The translations under genes and the position numbers were made by a program. A stretch of DNA of 59,819 nt, counting the filler. It is 4 parts of 4 records of this genome, joined end to end, with 100 filler letters (N's around TTAATTAATTAA, not from the genome) between each part and the next. Parts side by side here need not be neighbours in the genome. Positions count along the whole stretch, not along the records: positions 1 to 24,078 come from DRR723986_1545; 3 more parts are not named here. One strand, 5' to 3'. Position 1 is the stretch's first letter; every line of letters starts with the position of its first letter. Positions 9,547 to 19,931 of this stretch are shown piece after piece. A model generated the notes under the pieces. The model searched no databases. It was not told the origin of the DNA and saw only the letters and a program-made list of their open reading frames with translations.

Positions 9547-10497
9547 ATGGATCCGTTTTTTGCAGTGATCGTGCTGGTAATGGCCGTCGCGGTCATTGGT
9601 CTGGTTTCGGCATTCAAATTTGTGCCTCAGGGCTACAATTTCACGGTTGAACGGTTTGGCCGTTACACAAAGACGCTGACGCCCGGCTTGTCTGTCATCA
9701 CCCCCTTCATCGACAGGGTGGGGCGGAAAATGAACATGATGGAGACAGTCCTTGATGTTCCTCAACAGGAAGTCATCACAAAGGACAATGCCATGGTGTC
9801 CTGCGATGCCATCGTCTTTATCCAGGTGATCGACCCGGTGGCTGCAGCCTATGAGGTCAACAATCTTCACCATGCCATCCAGAACCTTTCACTGACAAAC
9901 ATCCGTACCGTGGTCGGCTCGATGGACCTCGACGAAGTCCTGTCCAACCGCGATGACATCAACGCCCGCCTGCTCAACGTGATCGATGCCGCGACCAATC
10001 CGTGGGGCGTAAAGGTGACCCGGATCGAGATCGCCGACCTCAGTCCGCCGGCAGACATCACTGAAGCCATGGCCCGCCAGATGAAGGCCGAACGTCTGAA
10101 GCGTGCGGAGATCCTGACCGCAGAAGGCGACAAGCAGTCGGCGATTCTGAAAGCTGAAGGCCAGAAACAGGCGCAGATCCTTGAAGCAGAAGGCCGCCGT
10201 GAAGCCGCCTTCCGGGATGCCGAGGCCCGGGAACGCGAAGCCGAAGCGGAAGCCAAGGCCACCGCAATGGTGTCCGAAGCGATCGCGCGCGGTGACGTCA
10301 ATGCGATTAACTACTTCCTCGGCCAGGCCTATGTCGAAGCCTTTGGGAAATTGGCGACTTCCAACCAGCAGAAGACGGTCATCATTCCTGCCGAGTTCTC
10401 CAGCATCATCGGCGCGATCGAGGGCATTAAAGGCCTTACGGGCGCTGCGAAGGACGTTCAGGTTCAATCGGGCGCTGTGCCACCCACACGGACTTAA
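9547..10497 (+). CDS. SPFH/Band 7 (QmcA/paraslipin-like) membrane protein
   Basis: N-terminal [27 protein letters not shown] coiled coil; SD aaggagagg. Confidence 0.93.
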   Translation: MDPFFAVIVLVMAVAVIGLVSAFKFVPQGYNFTVERFGRYTKTLTPGLSVITPFIDRVGRKMNMMETVLDVPQQEVITKDNAMVSCDAIVFIQVIDPVAAAYEVNNLHHAIQNLSLTNIRTVVGSMDLDEVLSNRDDINARLLNVIDAATNPWGVKVTRIEIADLSPPADITEAMARQMKAERLKRAEILTAEGDKQSAILKAEGQKQAQILEAEGRREAAFRDAEAREREAEAEAKATAMVSEAIARGDVNAINYFLGQAYVEAFGKLATSNQQKTVIIPAEFSSIIGAIEGIKGLTGAAKDVQVQSGAVPPTRT

Positions 10498-10568
10498 GGC
10501 GGATTTTTTCCCGGTGTCCCGGCCTCGGCCGGGGACCGGATTGCCAACCTGCTTCTAGGAGACCGATA

Positions 10569-11045
10569 ATGTTGGAAGAACTCTTCACCCATCTCACTGT
10601 CTGGCACTGGCTTGCGCTTGGCCTGATGCTCTTCGGCATCGAGATGATGACCGGGACGTTCGATCTGCTGATGATTTCCATCGCAGCCTGGCTTACCGCC
10701 GCTTTTGCCTGGCTCGCACCGGACAGTCTCGCCACATGGCAGGGGCAAGTCCTGTTCTTCGGCGCAGCATCGGTCGGCTTGTTTGTTGTTGGGCGCACGG
10801 TCCTGTCGGGCATGCGCAAGACCACACCAGAACATCCGACGCTCAACAAGCGAATGGACAGCCTTGTCGGTCAGCGCGGCGTCGCCACATCGGACTTCAC
10901 GAATGCCGGGCAGGGACGCGTAAAGATCGGCGACACTGTCTGGGGCGCGGAGATCGTCGATGGCTCCGAGATCATCCACAATGGCGATGTCATCGTGGTC
11001 GAAGGCGCCCGTATGAACACAGCGCTGGTCCGGAAGAGCGCATGA
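10569..11045 (+). CDS. NfeD family protein
   Basis: Three TM segments plus OB-fold with LNKR..SLVG and GRVKIGDTVW; partner of SPFH gene. Confidence 0.9.
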   Translation: MLEELFTHLTVWHWLALGLMLFGIEMMTGTFDLLMISIAAWLTAAFAWLAPDSLATWQGQVLFFGAASVGLFVVGRTVLSGMRKTTPEHPTLNKRMDSLVGQRGVATSDFTNAGQGRVKIGDTVWGAEIVDGSEIIHNGDVIVVEGARMNTALVRKSA

Positions 11046-11057
11046 CCCCGGTGGGAT

Positions 11058-12584
11058 TTACTGGCCAGACTCTATGAAATCGCGGACGTCGTTGGAGAGT
11101 TTCGTCCCGTCAGCTTCTTTCAGATACATCATGTGACCGGCGTCGTAGTAATCGAACTGGACCCGATCAAGAACGACGCCATTCTGATACATGGCCATTT
11201 CGGCACCGAAGAACGGGGTGGCCAGATCGTACCAGCCTGAAGCGAGAAGAACTTTCAGATCCGGGTTTTCACGCATGCCTTTTCCGAGCCAGGGCGTGAC
11301 ATTCACGTAAGCAGGCCAGCCACCTTCGCTCATGCTCCAGTTCCATTGAGAACCCGGTCCGCCAGTCAGGACTTTGTAGGGGCGCGTGAATTCCACATCC
11401 AGCTCGCGGGTCAGGTAGTCGTTGATCGCAGCGACATAGGCCGTGTCCATTCCGTATCCGGAAGGATCATTTTCAGGTGTGTCTGACGTGCCTTCGCTGT
11501 CGATGCCTTTATAGCGGCCATCGAACCGCCCAACCGTGTAGCCTTCTTTGCGTAGCAGTTCCTTGCGGAACCGCGTCGGATCCACTCGCAGGTTCGCCAG
11601 CTCAATCCACTTCGCCGAGACGCCCAGATAGTCACTCATGTTAGCGGCAATGGCGCTCTTTTGCCCTGCTGTCAGAGTGGAGCCGCGGATCAGGGCCGGG
11701 GCCAACGTGTCTGTCGCATAGTTGCGGGCGTCAGCCACGAACGCATCGAAATTATTGTTCCATCGTGCCTTGTTCGCTTTGCCGTGATACCAGGCGATAG
11801 CCGCTTCTGTTGGGAAGAAAGCGATGTGCGCGGAGTCATTTCCCGGCGCAAATCGGGCGTTCTGGAAGTCGAGGATCGCCGAGATCAGGATGACACCATT
11901 GAGACCGATGCCGTTCCAGCCGCCTTGCAGCTTCTCCGTCAGGGCAGCCGCCCGGGTGGTTCCGTAGCTTTCACCGGCCAGGAATTTCGGGCTGTTCCAA
12001 CGGCCATTTTCGGTCAGCCAGATGCGAATGAACTCGGCAATACTCTCCGCGTCCTCGTTGACGCCGTAGAACTCTTTGCCTTCTGTGTCTCCCAGCGGGC
12101 GGGAGTAACCCGTCCCGACGGGATCAATGAAGACCAGGTCACTCACATCAAGAAGTGAGTTCTGATTGTCCTGAATCGTATAGGGCGGTGCGCCGACACC
12201 GCGCGCATCCGATGGCGTGATTACCTGTTTCGGCCCGAAGGCACCCATGTGCAGCCACAGCGACGCGGACCCGGGGCCGCCATTGAAGACGAACGTGACA
12301 GGGCGCGTGGTCGGATTGCTCACGCCATCACGGATATAGGCCACCGAAAAGATGGATGCGGTCGGCTCGTCTTTCTCATCCCGGAGATAGGTTTCACCCG
12401 CGATCGTCTTGTACTTGATGGTCTGGCCGCGAAGTTTGAACGTGTGGTCGGAAGTGAAGACTTTCGCCTCAGGAATATCTGCTTTGCTGGCGGTGGGTTC
12501 CGGTGTTCCAGGTCTTGCCGGTTCTTCAGCAAATGCGGGTCCCATGGATAGGGCCAGACCTAAGGCAATCAAACACGCACGCAT
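11058..12584 (-). CDS. Secreted serine carboxypeptidase, family S10
   Basis: Signal peptide MRACLIAL..AFA; FNGGPGSAS, IDPVGTGYS, GESYG, AGHMMY. Confidence 0.92.
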   Translation of the reverse strand: MRACLIALGLALSMGPAFAEEPARPGTPEPTASKADIPEAKVFTSDHTFKLRGQTIKYKTIAGETYLRDEKDEPTASIFSVAYIRDGVSNPTTRPVTFVFNGGPGSASLWLHMGAFGPKQVITPSDARGVGAPPYTIQDNQNSLLDVSDLVFIDPVGTGYSRPLGDTEGKEFYGVNEDAESIAEFIRIWLTENGRWNSPKFLAGESYGTTRAAALTEKLQGGWNGIGLNGVILISAILDFQNARFAPGNDSAHIAFFPTEAAIAWYHGKANKARWNNNFDAFVADARNYATDTLAPALIRGSTLTAGQKSAIAANMSDYLGVSAKWIELANLRVDPTRFRKELLRKEGYTVGRFDGRYKGIDSEGTSDTPENDPSGYGMDTAYVAAINDYLTRELDVEFTRPYKVLTGGPGSQWNWSMSEGGWPAYVNVTPWLGKGMRENPDLKVLLASGWYDLATPFFGAEMAMYQNGVVLDRVQFDYYDAGHMMYLKEADGTKLSNDVRDFIESGQ

Positions 12585-12674
12585 ATCAGATACTCCGCAA
12601 TCATGATTGCGGCGGACCCTATCAGGTGGAAAACGTCGGGCAAGGCCACCGCTCAGGTCAACGCCTTGCGAAGC

Positions 12675-12710
12675 AAAGAAAAACGCCGGCATCTCTCGAT
12701 GCCGGCGTTT
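12675..12710 (-). terminator. Intrinsic terminator after bactofilin gene
   Basis: 13-bp perfect stem aaacgccggcatc/gatgccggcgttt with T-rich tail on the minus strand. Confidence 0.75.
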
Positions 12711-12730
12711 CAATTCAGAAGTGGGGCCGA

Positions 12731-13267
12731 TCAGGAAGCGGTCGGTGCGATGCCAAAACCGCTGGTCGCATTCGGTGTCGCGCTGGACGCCGACGAAGTA
12801 GAAGGACGAGCATCGCTGGCAGCAGCGCGCGGCGCGGCATCCTTTAGCGGGTCCTCGGAATGCTTCACCTGGCCCTCGAACACGGCGTTGGACTGGATCT
12901 GCAGCGAGGAGTGCACGATATCACCCTTCACATGAGCACCCGTCTCGAGCTCGACCTTACGGGCACGGATAGAGCCCTTGATACGGCCTTTAACCTTCAC
13001 GACTTCGGCTTTCACCTCGCCGGTGATGTGACCGGAAGCACCGATCGTGATGTCGGTCGCTGCGACGTCGCCATCGACAGTGCCGTCGATCTGCAATGCA
13101 CCTTCAGAGGTCACCGAGCCGTTGATCTTCATGTCTGCGCAGATGATGGATGCTGCGCGGGCGGCCGGCTTCGAAGCGGCGCCACGAATGGCATCGACGG
13201 AAGGTTGGACCTTTGCTGGCTCAGGTGCCGGCGGCGTATCGTTGTGTTTGTTACTCTTGGTGAACAT
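12731..13267 (-). CDS. bacA: Bactofilin (polymer-forming cytoskeletal protein)
   Basis: MFTK N-terminal membrane-targeting peptide; SII..DMKINGSV..GALQIDGTVDGDV beta-helix domain. Confidence 0.92.
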   Translation of the reverse strand: MFTKSNKHNDTPPAPEPAKVQPSVDAIRGAASKPAARAASIICADMKINGSVTSEGALQIDGTVDGDVAATDITIGASGHITGEVKAEVVKVKGRIKGSIRARKVELETGAHVKGDIVHSSLQIQSNAVFEGQVKHSEDPLKDAAPRAAASDARPSTSSASSATPNATSGFGIAPTAS

Positions 13268-14480
13268 GACGGCCTGCTTTCAGGAATTTTATTGGATCAT
13301 AAGGTTTGCCGTTAAACCAGACTTCGAAGTGAAGGTGGTCCCCCGTGCTTCGACCGGTTGTACCCATCTTGCCCACAAGATCGCCGACCTCCACGGTTTG
13401 TCCCTTTTTTACCGTAATTCCGCTGAGGTGGCCATAGCGCGACTTGAAGCCGTGCCCATGGTCGATTTCTACAAGCCGCCCGTAGCCCGAACGGGGACCT
13501 GCATAAGAGATGACGCCGGGCCCTGCGGCGACGATCGGGGCAGCGTGATAAGCCGCCATATCAACGCCGTTGTGCCAGCCGGGACGCTTCTTGAATGGAT
13601 CGACGCGAACGCCGTAATTACTGGTCAGCCGGTAAGGCACCCCAACCGGGATACCCAATGGCAGTGAGGAAACAATGTCCTCGTAGTATAGCATTTCCGC
13701 GACGCGCGCCTGTGTCTGGGACAGGCGGGAATAGAAAGTGGTGTCGGTCAGCGAGAGATTGCTGAGATCGGGCCCTGCGGTCGCATTGGCGAGCGATATG
13801 AACGGTCCACCCGTTTCGCTGCTGGCCACGATGCGGTCTGAACCGACGGAAGTGAGCGCCAGGATACCCCGGGCACGTTCAGTGCGCTCCGTCGCGATTT
13901 GCTCGGCTTCGTCAAGAATGCGTTCCTGATCCATCTTCAGGGCTCGCACCGACCCGCGAGAGCTGGCTGTTTCAAACTGGGCGGTGATGCGAACAGGTTC
14001 ACGCGACTGGCGGCTGTCGGCTTCTTCGATGGATGCCTGCACGAGCAGTGCTGCGCCATCGCCCTTCAGGGAAGACGTTTCGAGGTCGTCCTCGCCTTTA
14101 AGCTGCTTGTAGAGGTCTTCGAGGGCCTTCTGGCGCTCTTCCCACTCCACGGTTTCTTTCTGGAAGGCGTCGGTACGTTCTTCCAGCAGCGAGCGGGACA
14201 GCGCATCCTTGGCGCGCAGTTCCTGCACCCAGCGCTCATACTTGGCGAGTTCGCGGCCATCCGGATTACCGGAAAGGGCGCTGCTGCCGCCACTGAGCAC
14301 GAAGGATCCGGTCGCAAAAACGGTCCATCCGGCGAGCGCGGCAATGCCCGCAGCAAAAATCGCCTGCTGCCATGGAGACACAGAAATATAGCGGACTGTG
14401 CCGCCGCTACGATGGTAAATTTGACGCTCAGGGAAGGCTTTATTGAAGGCCGCCTTCAGATTCGCGCTCAACTTCGCCAT
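13251..14480 (-). CDS. lmdC: Membrane-anchored M23 endopeptidase (LmdC-type)
   Basis: FPERQIYHRS cytoplasmic motif, TM, coiled coil, HNGVD and STGDHLHFEV; 17-bp overlap with bactofilin. Confidence 0.88.
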   Translation of the reverse strand: MAKLSANLKAAFNKAFPERQIYHRSGGTVRYISVSPWQQAIFAAGIAALAGWTVFATGSFVLSGGSSALSGNPDGRELAKYERWVQELRAKDALSRSLLEERTDAFQKETVEWEERQKALEDLYKQLKGEDDLETSSLKGDGAALLVQASIEEADSRQSREPVRITAQFETASSRGSVRALKMDQERILDEAEQIATERTERARGILALTSVGSDRIVASSETGGPFISLANATAGPDLSNLSLTDTTFYSRLSQTQARVAEMLYYEDIVSSLPLGIPVGVPYRLTSNYGVRVDPFKKRPGWHNGVDMAAYHAAPIVAAGPGVISYAGPRSGYGRLVEIDHGHGFKSRYGHLSGITVKKGQTVEVGDLVGKMGTTGRSTGDHLHFEVWFNGKPYDPIKFLKAGRHVHQE

Positions 14481-14677
14481 TCACGCCACCCGTAGAACCG
14501 GAAAATCACGCCCCCGCTGCAGCAGTCACTACAGCAGGTTTCCCAAACCCTTGGAGATAATACATACCGATTTCGATACGAGGTGTAACCCCTCGGGCAC
14601 AGAATTCATGTAAATTTTCGCCCATGAGGGTAAAAGGCTTGTTAAACATGGGAAAATTGTTTGCGCGAGGCCAGATT

Positions 14678-15148
14678 TCAGGCACCCGATCTGATGACAT
14701 TGAGTACATCTTCGGCATGGCCTTTGACGCGCACTTTTCGCCAGATTCGGATTACCTTTTTGTCAGGTCCGATCAGGAACGTTGAGCGCTCGATTCCCAT
14801 ATAGGTCCGGCCATAATTCTTCTTCTCGACCCAGACGCCGTAGGCTTCGCAAACCTTGCCGTCTTCGTCCGACGCAAGCGTCACGGCGAGATCATGTTTC
14901 GCTGCAAACTTCTCGTGCTTCGCCAGCGTGTCACGAGACACGCCCACAACTTTCGCGCCAGCCTTTTCGAACTCCTGTGCAAGGTCTGTGAAGTCTTTCG
15001 CTTCGGTCGTGCAGCCTGGCGTGTCGTCCTTCGGATAGAAGTAGAGAACCAGCACCTGATCCTTGTAGTCGCCGAGCTTTATCGGCCCTTGCGTTGAATC
15101 CATGCTGAAATTCGGGGCACGTCCGCCTTCTTTGGGCCCGATTGCCAT
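14678..15148 (-). CDS. bcp: Peroxiredoxin Bcp/PrxQ
   Basis: YFYPKDDTPGCT, GIERSTFLI. Confidence 0.94.
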   Translation of the reverse strand: MAIGPKEGGRAPNFSMDSTQGPIKLGDYKDQVLVLYFYPKDDTPGCTTEAKDFTDLAQEFEKAGAKVVGVSRDTLAKHEKFAAKHDLAVTLASDEDGKVCEAYGVWVEKKNYGRTYMGIERSTFLIGPDKKVIRIWRKVRVKGHAEDVLNVIRSGA

Positions 15149-15244
15149 GTAATCCTCCTATGGTGCGCTCCGGCTGTACTGCTTATACCAGACACAGCGC
15201 TGAACAGCGTATATGACTGGACCCGACTTGTACGGAGCGCGCCC

Positions 15245-18200
15245 TTGGTCCGCCAGACCGCCTCACTGATTTTTCTCGAAATCCTCGGCGGTTTGATCCT
15301 GCTTGTATTTGTGGCAGCGGGATTGCTCGCGGCCCGGCTCTATTCCGGTCCGATGGACCTGTCGATGTTCCGGGACGATCTGGAGCGCGCAATGACTGAA
15401 GCGCGCGATGGACGGGAGGTGCGCCTCGGCGGAGTGCAACTCGAATGGTCGGCGGAAGACAAACGTCTCCATATTTCCGGATCGCGGCTCCAGATGATGG
15501 ATGCGAAAGGCAATGTCAGTGCGGAAGCACAACATGCCAATATTGTCCTTTCAGGATCATCGCTGGTTCTGGGCGATATAGAAGTGCTTCGCCTCGATCT
15601 CGAGGATGGCTGGGTCAATATTGACCAGGAAACCCCCTCCACCTGGTTCGTCGGCGGTGAGCCTCTGCCGGAAATCCCTGTCGGAAAGCTGCCTGAAACC
15701 CCGCAGGAGTGGTTGCAACGCGCCAATGAAGTAATACCGCCGATCCTGGAGGCGCTGAAGCAGGGCGAGCAGAACTATGCGCTCGAATATCTGGGCTTTG
15801 CCGGCTTCGAGTTCCGTCTCCGTGACAGCAACCAGCAACCGGTTCTCGACATAACAGATGCGAAGGGGCGGATTTCGCGTGAGGAGGACGGTATCCTGGT
15901 CAGCGCCGCCGGGACTGGCGCGGGCGCGGGTTTGCCGGGCGGGCTGGCGGCAACGGTCCGCTCCTACACGCTTGAGGAAAAGCTGCATGCGGAGTTCGCG
16001 GTGGCGGATTGGCCGCTGGCGGATCTGGCAGCCCGCTTCGGCGCGCAAGTGGATACCTTCGAAGGCCTGCCCGCTAATGCCGATGTGACTCTCGACTACG
16101 CTCGGGCCACCGGCATCAGCGAGATAGCGTTTCATTCCAATATGGGCGAAGGCCACATGCCGTTTGCTGGTGGTCTCGACGTGCAAGGCCTGGATGTTAC
16201 CGCGACTTACCTCGCCAATGACGACACGATGCGGGTGGATGTAACGGGCGACAAGGTTGGTCCGGCCAGCGGACAGGCGAGCCTGACGCTGAAAGACATC
16301 CTGCAAGGACAGTCTGCACACGATTTTGAACTATCGAGTGAAGAACTCACGCTGGATTTCACGCCGGTGTTCGAGCGTCCAATTACCCTGACTGGCCTGA
16401 AGGCGTCCGGATTGATGAGTGTCGCTGACCGGAAAATCGACGACCTCGCCCTCGTGTTTATGGAGCAGGACGCAGGCTTCCTTGTGACGGGTAACATTGG
16501 CCTTACGCAGGACAAGCAGGAGGGTGAGCCGCCGATCCTCGGCCACATCGCTCTGGAGACCAGCGGGGATGTGACCAAGGATACGGTGATGGCGTTCTGG
16601 CCCGTTGGGCTAGGGACCGGTGGCAGGAACTTCGCGCGAAATCATGTCGAGGCCGGCGCACTGAAGGACATCAAAGGCCATATCGACCTGAAGCGCGACA
16701 GCTTTGGCGAAGACGGCTACCTGCGCGATTCAGATCTTGAGCTGACCTTTGTGGCGGAAGACGCCTGGGTGAAATTCCTGTCAGACCTTCCCCCCGTTGA
16801 AAAAGGGCGCGGGACTGGGCGGCTGACTGGCAACTCTTTCCGGGTGACGCTTGATTCCGGTGAGTATGGCGGATGGGACCTCGACGAAGGCGCGTTCGTC
16901 ATGCCCGCGTTCAATGTGCGTGGCGGAGACTTCAGGGTCTTTGCGCGCGGTCACGGACCTATTTCGCTTGTCATGAAAACACTGGTCGACTCTCGCCTCG
17001 AAATCGATTTCGACCCGGCGCGCCTGTCTGGCGACGGGGAAATGACTTTCGAGATGTTCCGGCCTGCGCTCGACGATGTTCCGTATGAAGATGTCCGGTT
17101 CACCGCGATTGGCAATGTTGCTGAGGCCGGGCTAAAGGATGCTGCGCTTGGCTTCGATCTGACGGGCGGTTCTGCGAAAGTGAATGTTGACCAGGACGGT
17201 ATGACCATTTCCGGCTTTGGAAATCTTGGTCCGTCTCCTGTCCAGTTCACCTGGCGCGATGCATTCAATGGCGATGACCAGCCGTCGCTATTGTCGGCGA
17301 CCAGTATTGTTACGCCGGACTTCCTGAACGAGTTCGGTGTTCTGGGCCGTGCTTACCTGTCCGGAGAAATCCCGATCGAGGTGCAGGCTGAAATCGGGGA
17401 GGGATCCCGCGTCATTGCAGACACTGCCCTGGACCTGACGGAATCCCGGCTGGACCTGTCCGAGATCGGCTGGGTGAAAGGAAGGGACAAGCCCGCCAAG
17501 GCATCCGTTCACTATGAAGGGCTTGATGAAGGCTACACCGCCACGGTCGTGTTCCATGCGGACGACGCCTACCTCGATGGTGACTTCACGCTGGGCGGCG
17601 ATTCCAAGCTCGTTTCCGCGACGCTGCGCCGGGCTTATCTGAAGAACAAGGCGGATGTCGGCGGAACCGTCACGCGCAGGGACGGTGCGCTCAGTTTTGG
17701 CCTGACCGGCACCTATCTGGATCTTTCCGGCGCGATGCCCGGTGTAGGCGCCATTGGTGATGCGGATGATACCGGGAGCAAAACGCCCATTCGCGTTTCA
17801 GCGAATGTCGACACGCTCACCCTGCGTCCCGGCCTCGACATGACGGAAGCGAAGTTCTCCATGGCCACCGGCGTCGCCGGCATCGAGACCTTCAAGGCCA
17901 CGGGTCTCGCCGCCGATGGTTCGCCATTTGAGGCACGTTTCGACACCAATGGCGGCCAGGCCGCGACCTTCCATGTTTCGAGCGGAGACGCAGGCTTTAT
18001 CGCCAGCGCGTTCCTTGGGATCGATTACCTCGAGGGCGGCAAGTTGGAAATGGATGGCACGCTGGCGAATGACAACAAGCCATCCAAATTCGATATTTCC
18101 ATCACGAATACCCGTCTCAATAACGCGCCCTTCCTGACGCAGATCCTCTCGCTCGCTTCATTGCGCGGGCTTGCGGATACGCTCGGCGGAGAAGGCGTCT

Positions 18201-18628
18201 TGTTCTCCCGGCTGGATATTCCGCTGACCGTGGCGGGGGAGCGATACGTGGTGTCTGGCGCGAAAGCGCAGGGGCCTGCCCTCGGCCTCACGACGAACGG
18301 CTATTTTGATTCCAAGGACGGGAAGATCGAGTTTGATGGCGTCCTTGTGCCAAGCTTCGGCATGAACTCCGCTCTCGGAACAATTCCGATCCTGGGGGAT
18401 CTGGTTGTCGGCCGGGACGGTGAGGGCGTGTTCTCGCTTACCTACGCGATCCGCGGCACGATGGAGAAAGCAAACGTCTCGGTGAATCCGCTTTCCGCGC
18501 TGGCCCCAGGCGTGATCCGGCGGATCTTTGAAAACCCGTCGGATACGCGGATCCCGGAAGCCAAGCCACGCCCGCCGGATGAGCCGATCCCGTCGGAACT
18601 GCCGCCCATTCCGGACGAAGAGTTCTAG
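15245..18628 (+). CDS. AsmA-like/YhdP family (DUF3971) envelope-spanning lipid-transfer protein
   Basis: 1127 aa, N-terminal TM, beta-rich body, C-terminal IPILGDLVVG..EGVFSLTY..VSVNPLSALAPG. Confidence 0.88.
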   Translation: MVRQTASLIFLEILGGLILLVFVAAGLLAARLYSGPMDLSMFRDDLERAMTEARDGREVRLGGVQLEWSAEDKRLHISGSRLQMMDAKGNVSAEAQHANIVLSGSSLVLGDIEVLRLDLEDGWVNIDQETPSTWFVGGEPLPEIPVGKLPETPQEWLQRANEVIPPILEALKQGEQNYALEYLGFAGFEFRLRDSNQQPVLDITDAKGRISREEDGILVSAAGTGAGAGLPGGLAATVRSYTLEEKLHAEFAVADWPLADLAARFGAQVDTFEGLPANADVTLDYARATGISEIAFHSNMGEGHMPFAGGLDVQGLDVTATYLANDDTMRVDVTGDKVGPASGQASLTLKDILQGQSAHDFELSSEELTLDFTPVFERPITLTGLKASGLMSVADRKIDDLALVFMEQDAGFLVTGNIGLTQDKQEGEPPILGHIALETSGDVTKDTVMAFWPVGLGTGGRNFARNHVEAGALKDIKGHIDLKRDSFGEDGYLRDSDLELTFVAEDAWVKFLSDLPPVEKGRGTGRLTGNSFRVTLDSGEYGGWDLDEGAFVMPAFNVRGGDFRVFARGHGPISLVMKTLVDSRLEIDFDPARLSGDGEMTFEMFRPALDDVPYEDVRFTAIGNVAEAGLKDAALGFDLTGGSAKVNVDQDGMTISGFGNLGPSPVQFTWRDAFNGDDQPSLLSATSIVTPDFLNEFGVLGRAYLSGEIPIEVQAEIGEGSRVIADTALDLTESRLDLSEIGWVKGRDKPAKASVHYEGLDEGYTATVVFHADDAYLDGDFTLGGDSKLVSATLRRAYLKNKADVGGTVTRRDGALSFGLTGTYLDLSGAMPGVGAIGDADDTGSKTPIRVSANVDTLTLRPGLDMTEAKFSMATGVAGIETFKATGLAADGSPFEARFDTNGGQAATFHVSSGDAGFIASAFLGIDYLEGGKLEMDGTLANDNKPSKFDISITNTRLNNAPFLTQILSLASLRGLADTLGGEGVLFSRLDIPLTVAGERYVVSGAKAQGPALGLTTNGYFDSKDGKIEFDGVLVPSFGMNSALGTIPILGDLVVGRDGEGVFSLTYAIRGTMEKANVSVNPLSALAPGVIRRIFENPSDTRIPEAKPRPPDEPIPSELPPIPDEEF

Positions 18629-18630
18629 GG

Positions 18631-19881
18631 TTAGACTGGCTTCACCAGCGCATGGCGTTTCTTGCCGGCGGACAGCTTGATCGTGCCGTCGACCACGTCG
18701 GATTCCGCCAACGCAGCGTTCTGGTCTTTCACCTGCTGGTCGTTCACCTTCGCGGCGCCTTGCTTGATCAGGCGGCGGGCTTCACCATTGCTTTCTGTCA
18801 GGCCTGCGGCCGTAAAGGCGGCGGCCACCAGATAATCACTGAACAGTTCCGCAGACGGGATCTCAACGGTCGGCAAGGCGGCGGCTGTTCCGCCTCCGGC
18901 AAATACAGCGGAAGCTGCCGCTTCGGATTCCTTCGCTGCCGCTTCGCCGTGCAGCATTGTCGTCGCTGCATTGGCAAGTGCAATTTTGGCCTTGTTGATC
19001 CCGGCACCTTCAAGGTTTTCCAGTGCTTCGATCTCATCCAGCGGCAATTCGGTGAACAGGCGCAGGAAGCGGCCGACGTCGGCATCTTCGCAATTGCGCC
19101 AGAACTGCCAGTATTCGTACGGGCTCTTGCGGTCTGCATTCAGCCAGACGGCACCATCTGCTGTCTTGCCCATCTTGCCGCCGGAAGCGGTCGTGATGAG
19201 GTGGGCTGTGAGTCCGAAAACGTCACCGCCCGCTGCCTTGTGAACGAGGTCCACGCCGCCAACAATATTTCCCCACTGGTCAGACCCGCCGAGCTGCAGA
19301 CGGCAATTTTGCCGGCGGAACAGCTCAAGGAAGTCGTATGACTGCATCAGAAGGTAGTTAAATTCGAGGAAGGTGTAGGGCTGCTCATTCGCCAGGCGCC
19401 GGGCAACCGTGTCCTGTTTCACCATCGTGTTGATGGTGAAGTGCACGCCGACTTCGCGCAGCAGTTCGATGTAGCCGAGCTTGCCCAGCCAGTCGTCATT
19501 GTTGACCATGATGGCGTCGGTCGGGCCGTCGCCGAAGGTGAGGAACGGTTCGAAGGCTTTCTTGATGCCGGCAATGTTCGCCTCGATCTGCTCATTGGTG
19601 AGCAGGGGACGGGACTTTTCCTTGTCGGTCGGGTCGCCCACTTTCGTGGTGCCGCCACCCATCAGGACGATGGGCTTGCCGCCGGCTTTCTGAAGGTGGC
19701 GCAGCATCATGATCTGCAAGAGTGAGCCGACGTGAAGGCTGTCCGCCGTCGCGTCGAATCCGATATACGCAATTGGAACGCCCGCCATGCAATAGGCGTC
19801 AAGCTCGGACGGGTGGGTGACCTGCTTGATGAAGCCGCGCGTCTGCAGCGTCTTCAGGAATTCCGACTTGTATTCGCTCAT
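18631..19881 (-). CDS. tyrS: Tyrosine--tRNA ligase
   Basis: YIGFDATADSLHVGS, QLGGSDQWGN, KMGKT, C-terminal S4 domain. Confidence 0.97.
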   Translation of the reverse strand: MSEYKSEFLKTLQTRGFIKQVTHPSELDAYCMAGVPIAYIGFDATADSLHVGSLLQIMMLRHLQKAGGKPIVLMGGGTTKVGDPTDKEKSRPLLTNEQIEANIAGIKKAFEPFLTFGDGPTDAIMVNNDDWLGKLGYIELLREVGVHFTINTMVKQDTVARRLANEQPYTFLEFNYLLMQSYDFLELFRRQNCRLQLGGSDQWGNIVGGVDLVHKAAGGDVFGLTAHLITTASGGKMGKTADGAVWLNADRKSPYEYWQFWRNCEDADVGRFLRLFTELPLDEIEALENLEGAGINKAKIALANAATTMLHGEAAAKESEAAASAVFAGGGTAAALPTVEIPSAELFSDYLVAAAFTAAGLTESNGEARRLIKQGAAKVNDQQVKDQNAALAESDVVDGTIKLSAGKKRHALVKPV

Positions 19882-19931
19882 CTTCTCGTGTCTCCGTGAA
19901 GGCAGGGCGCGTAGCACGGAAAGGGAGCCGC

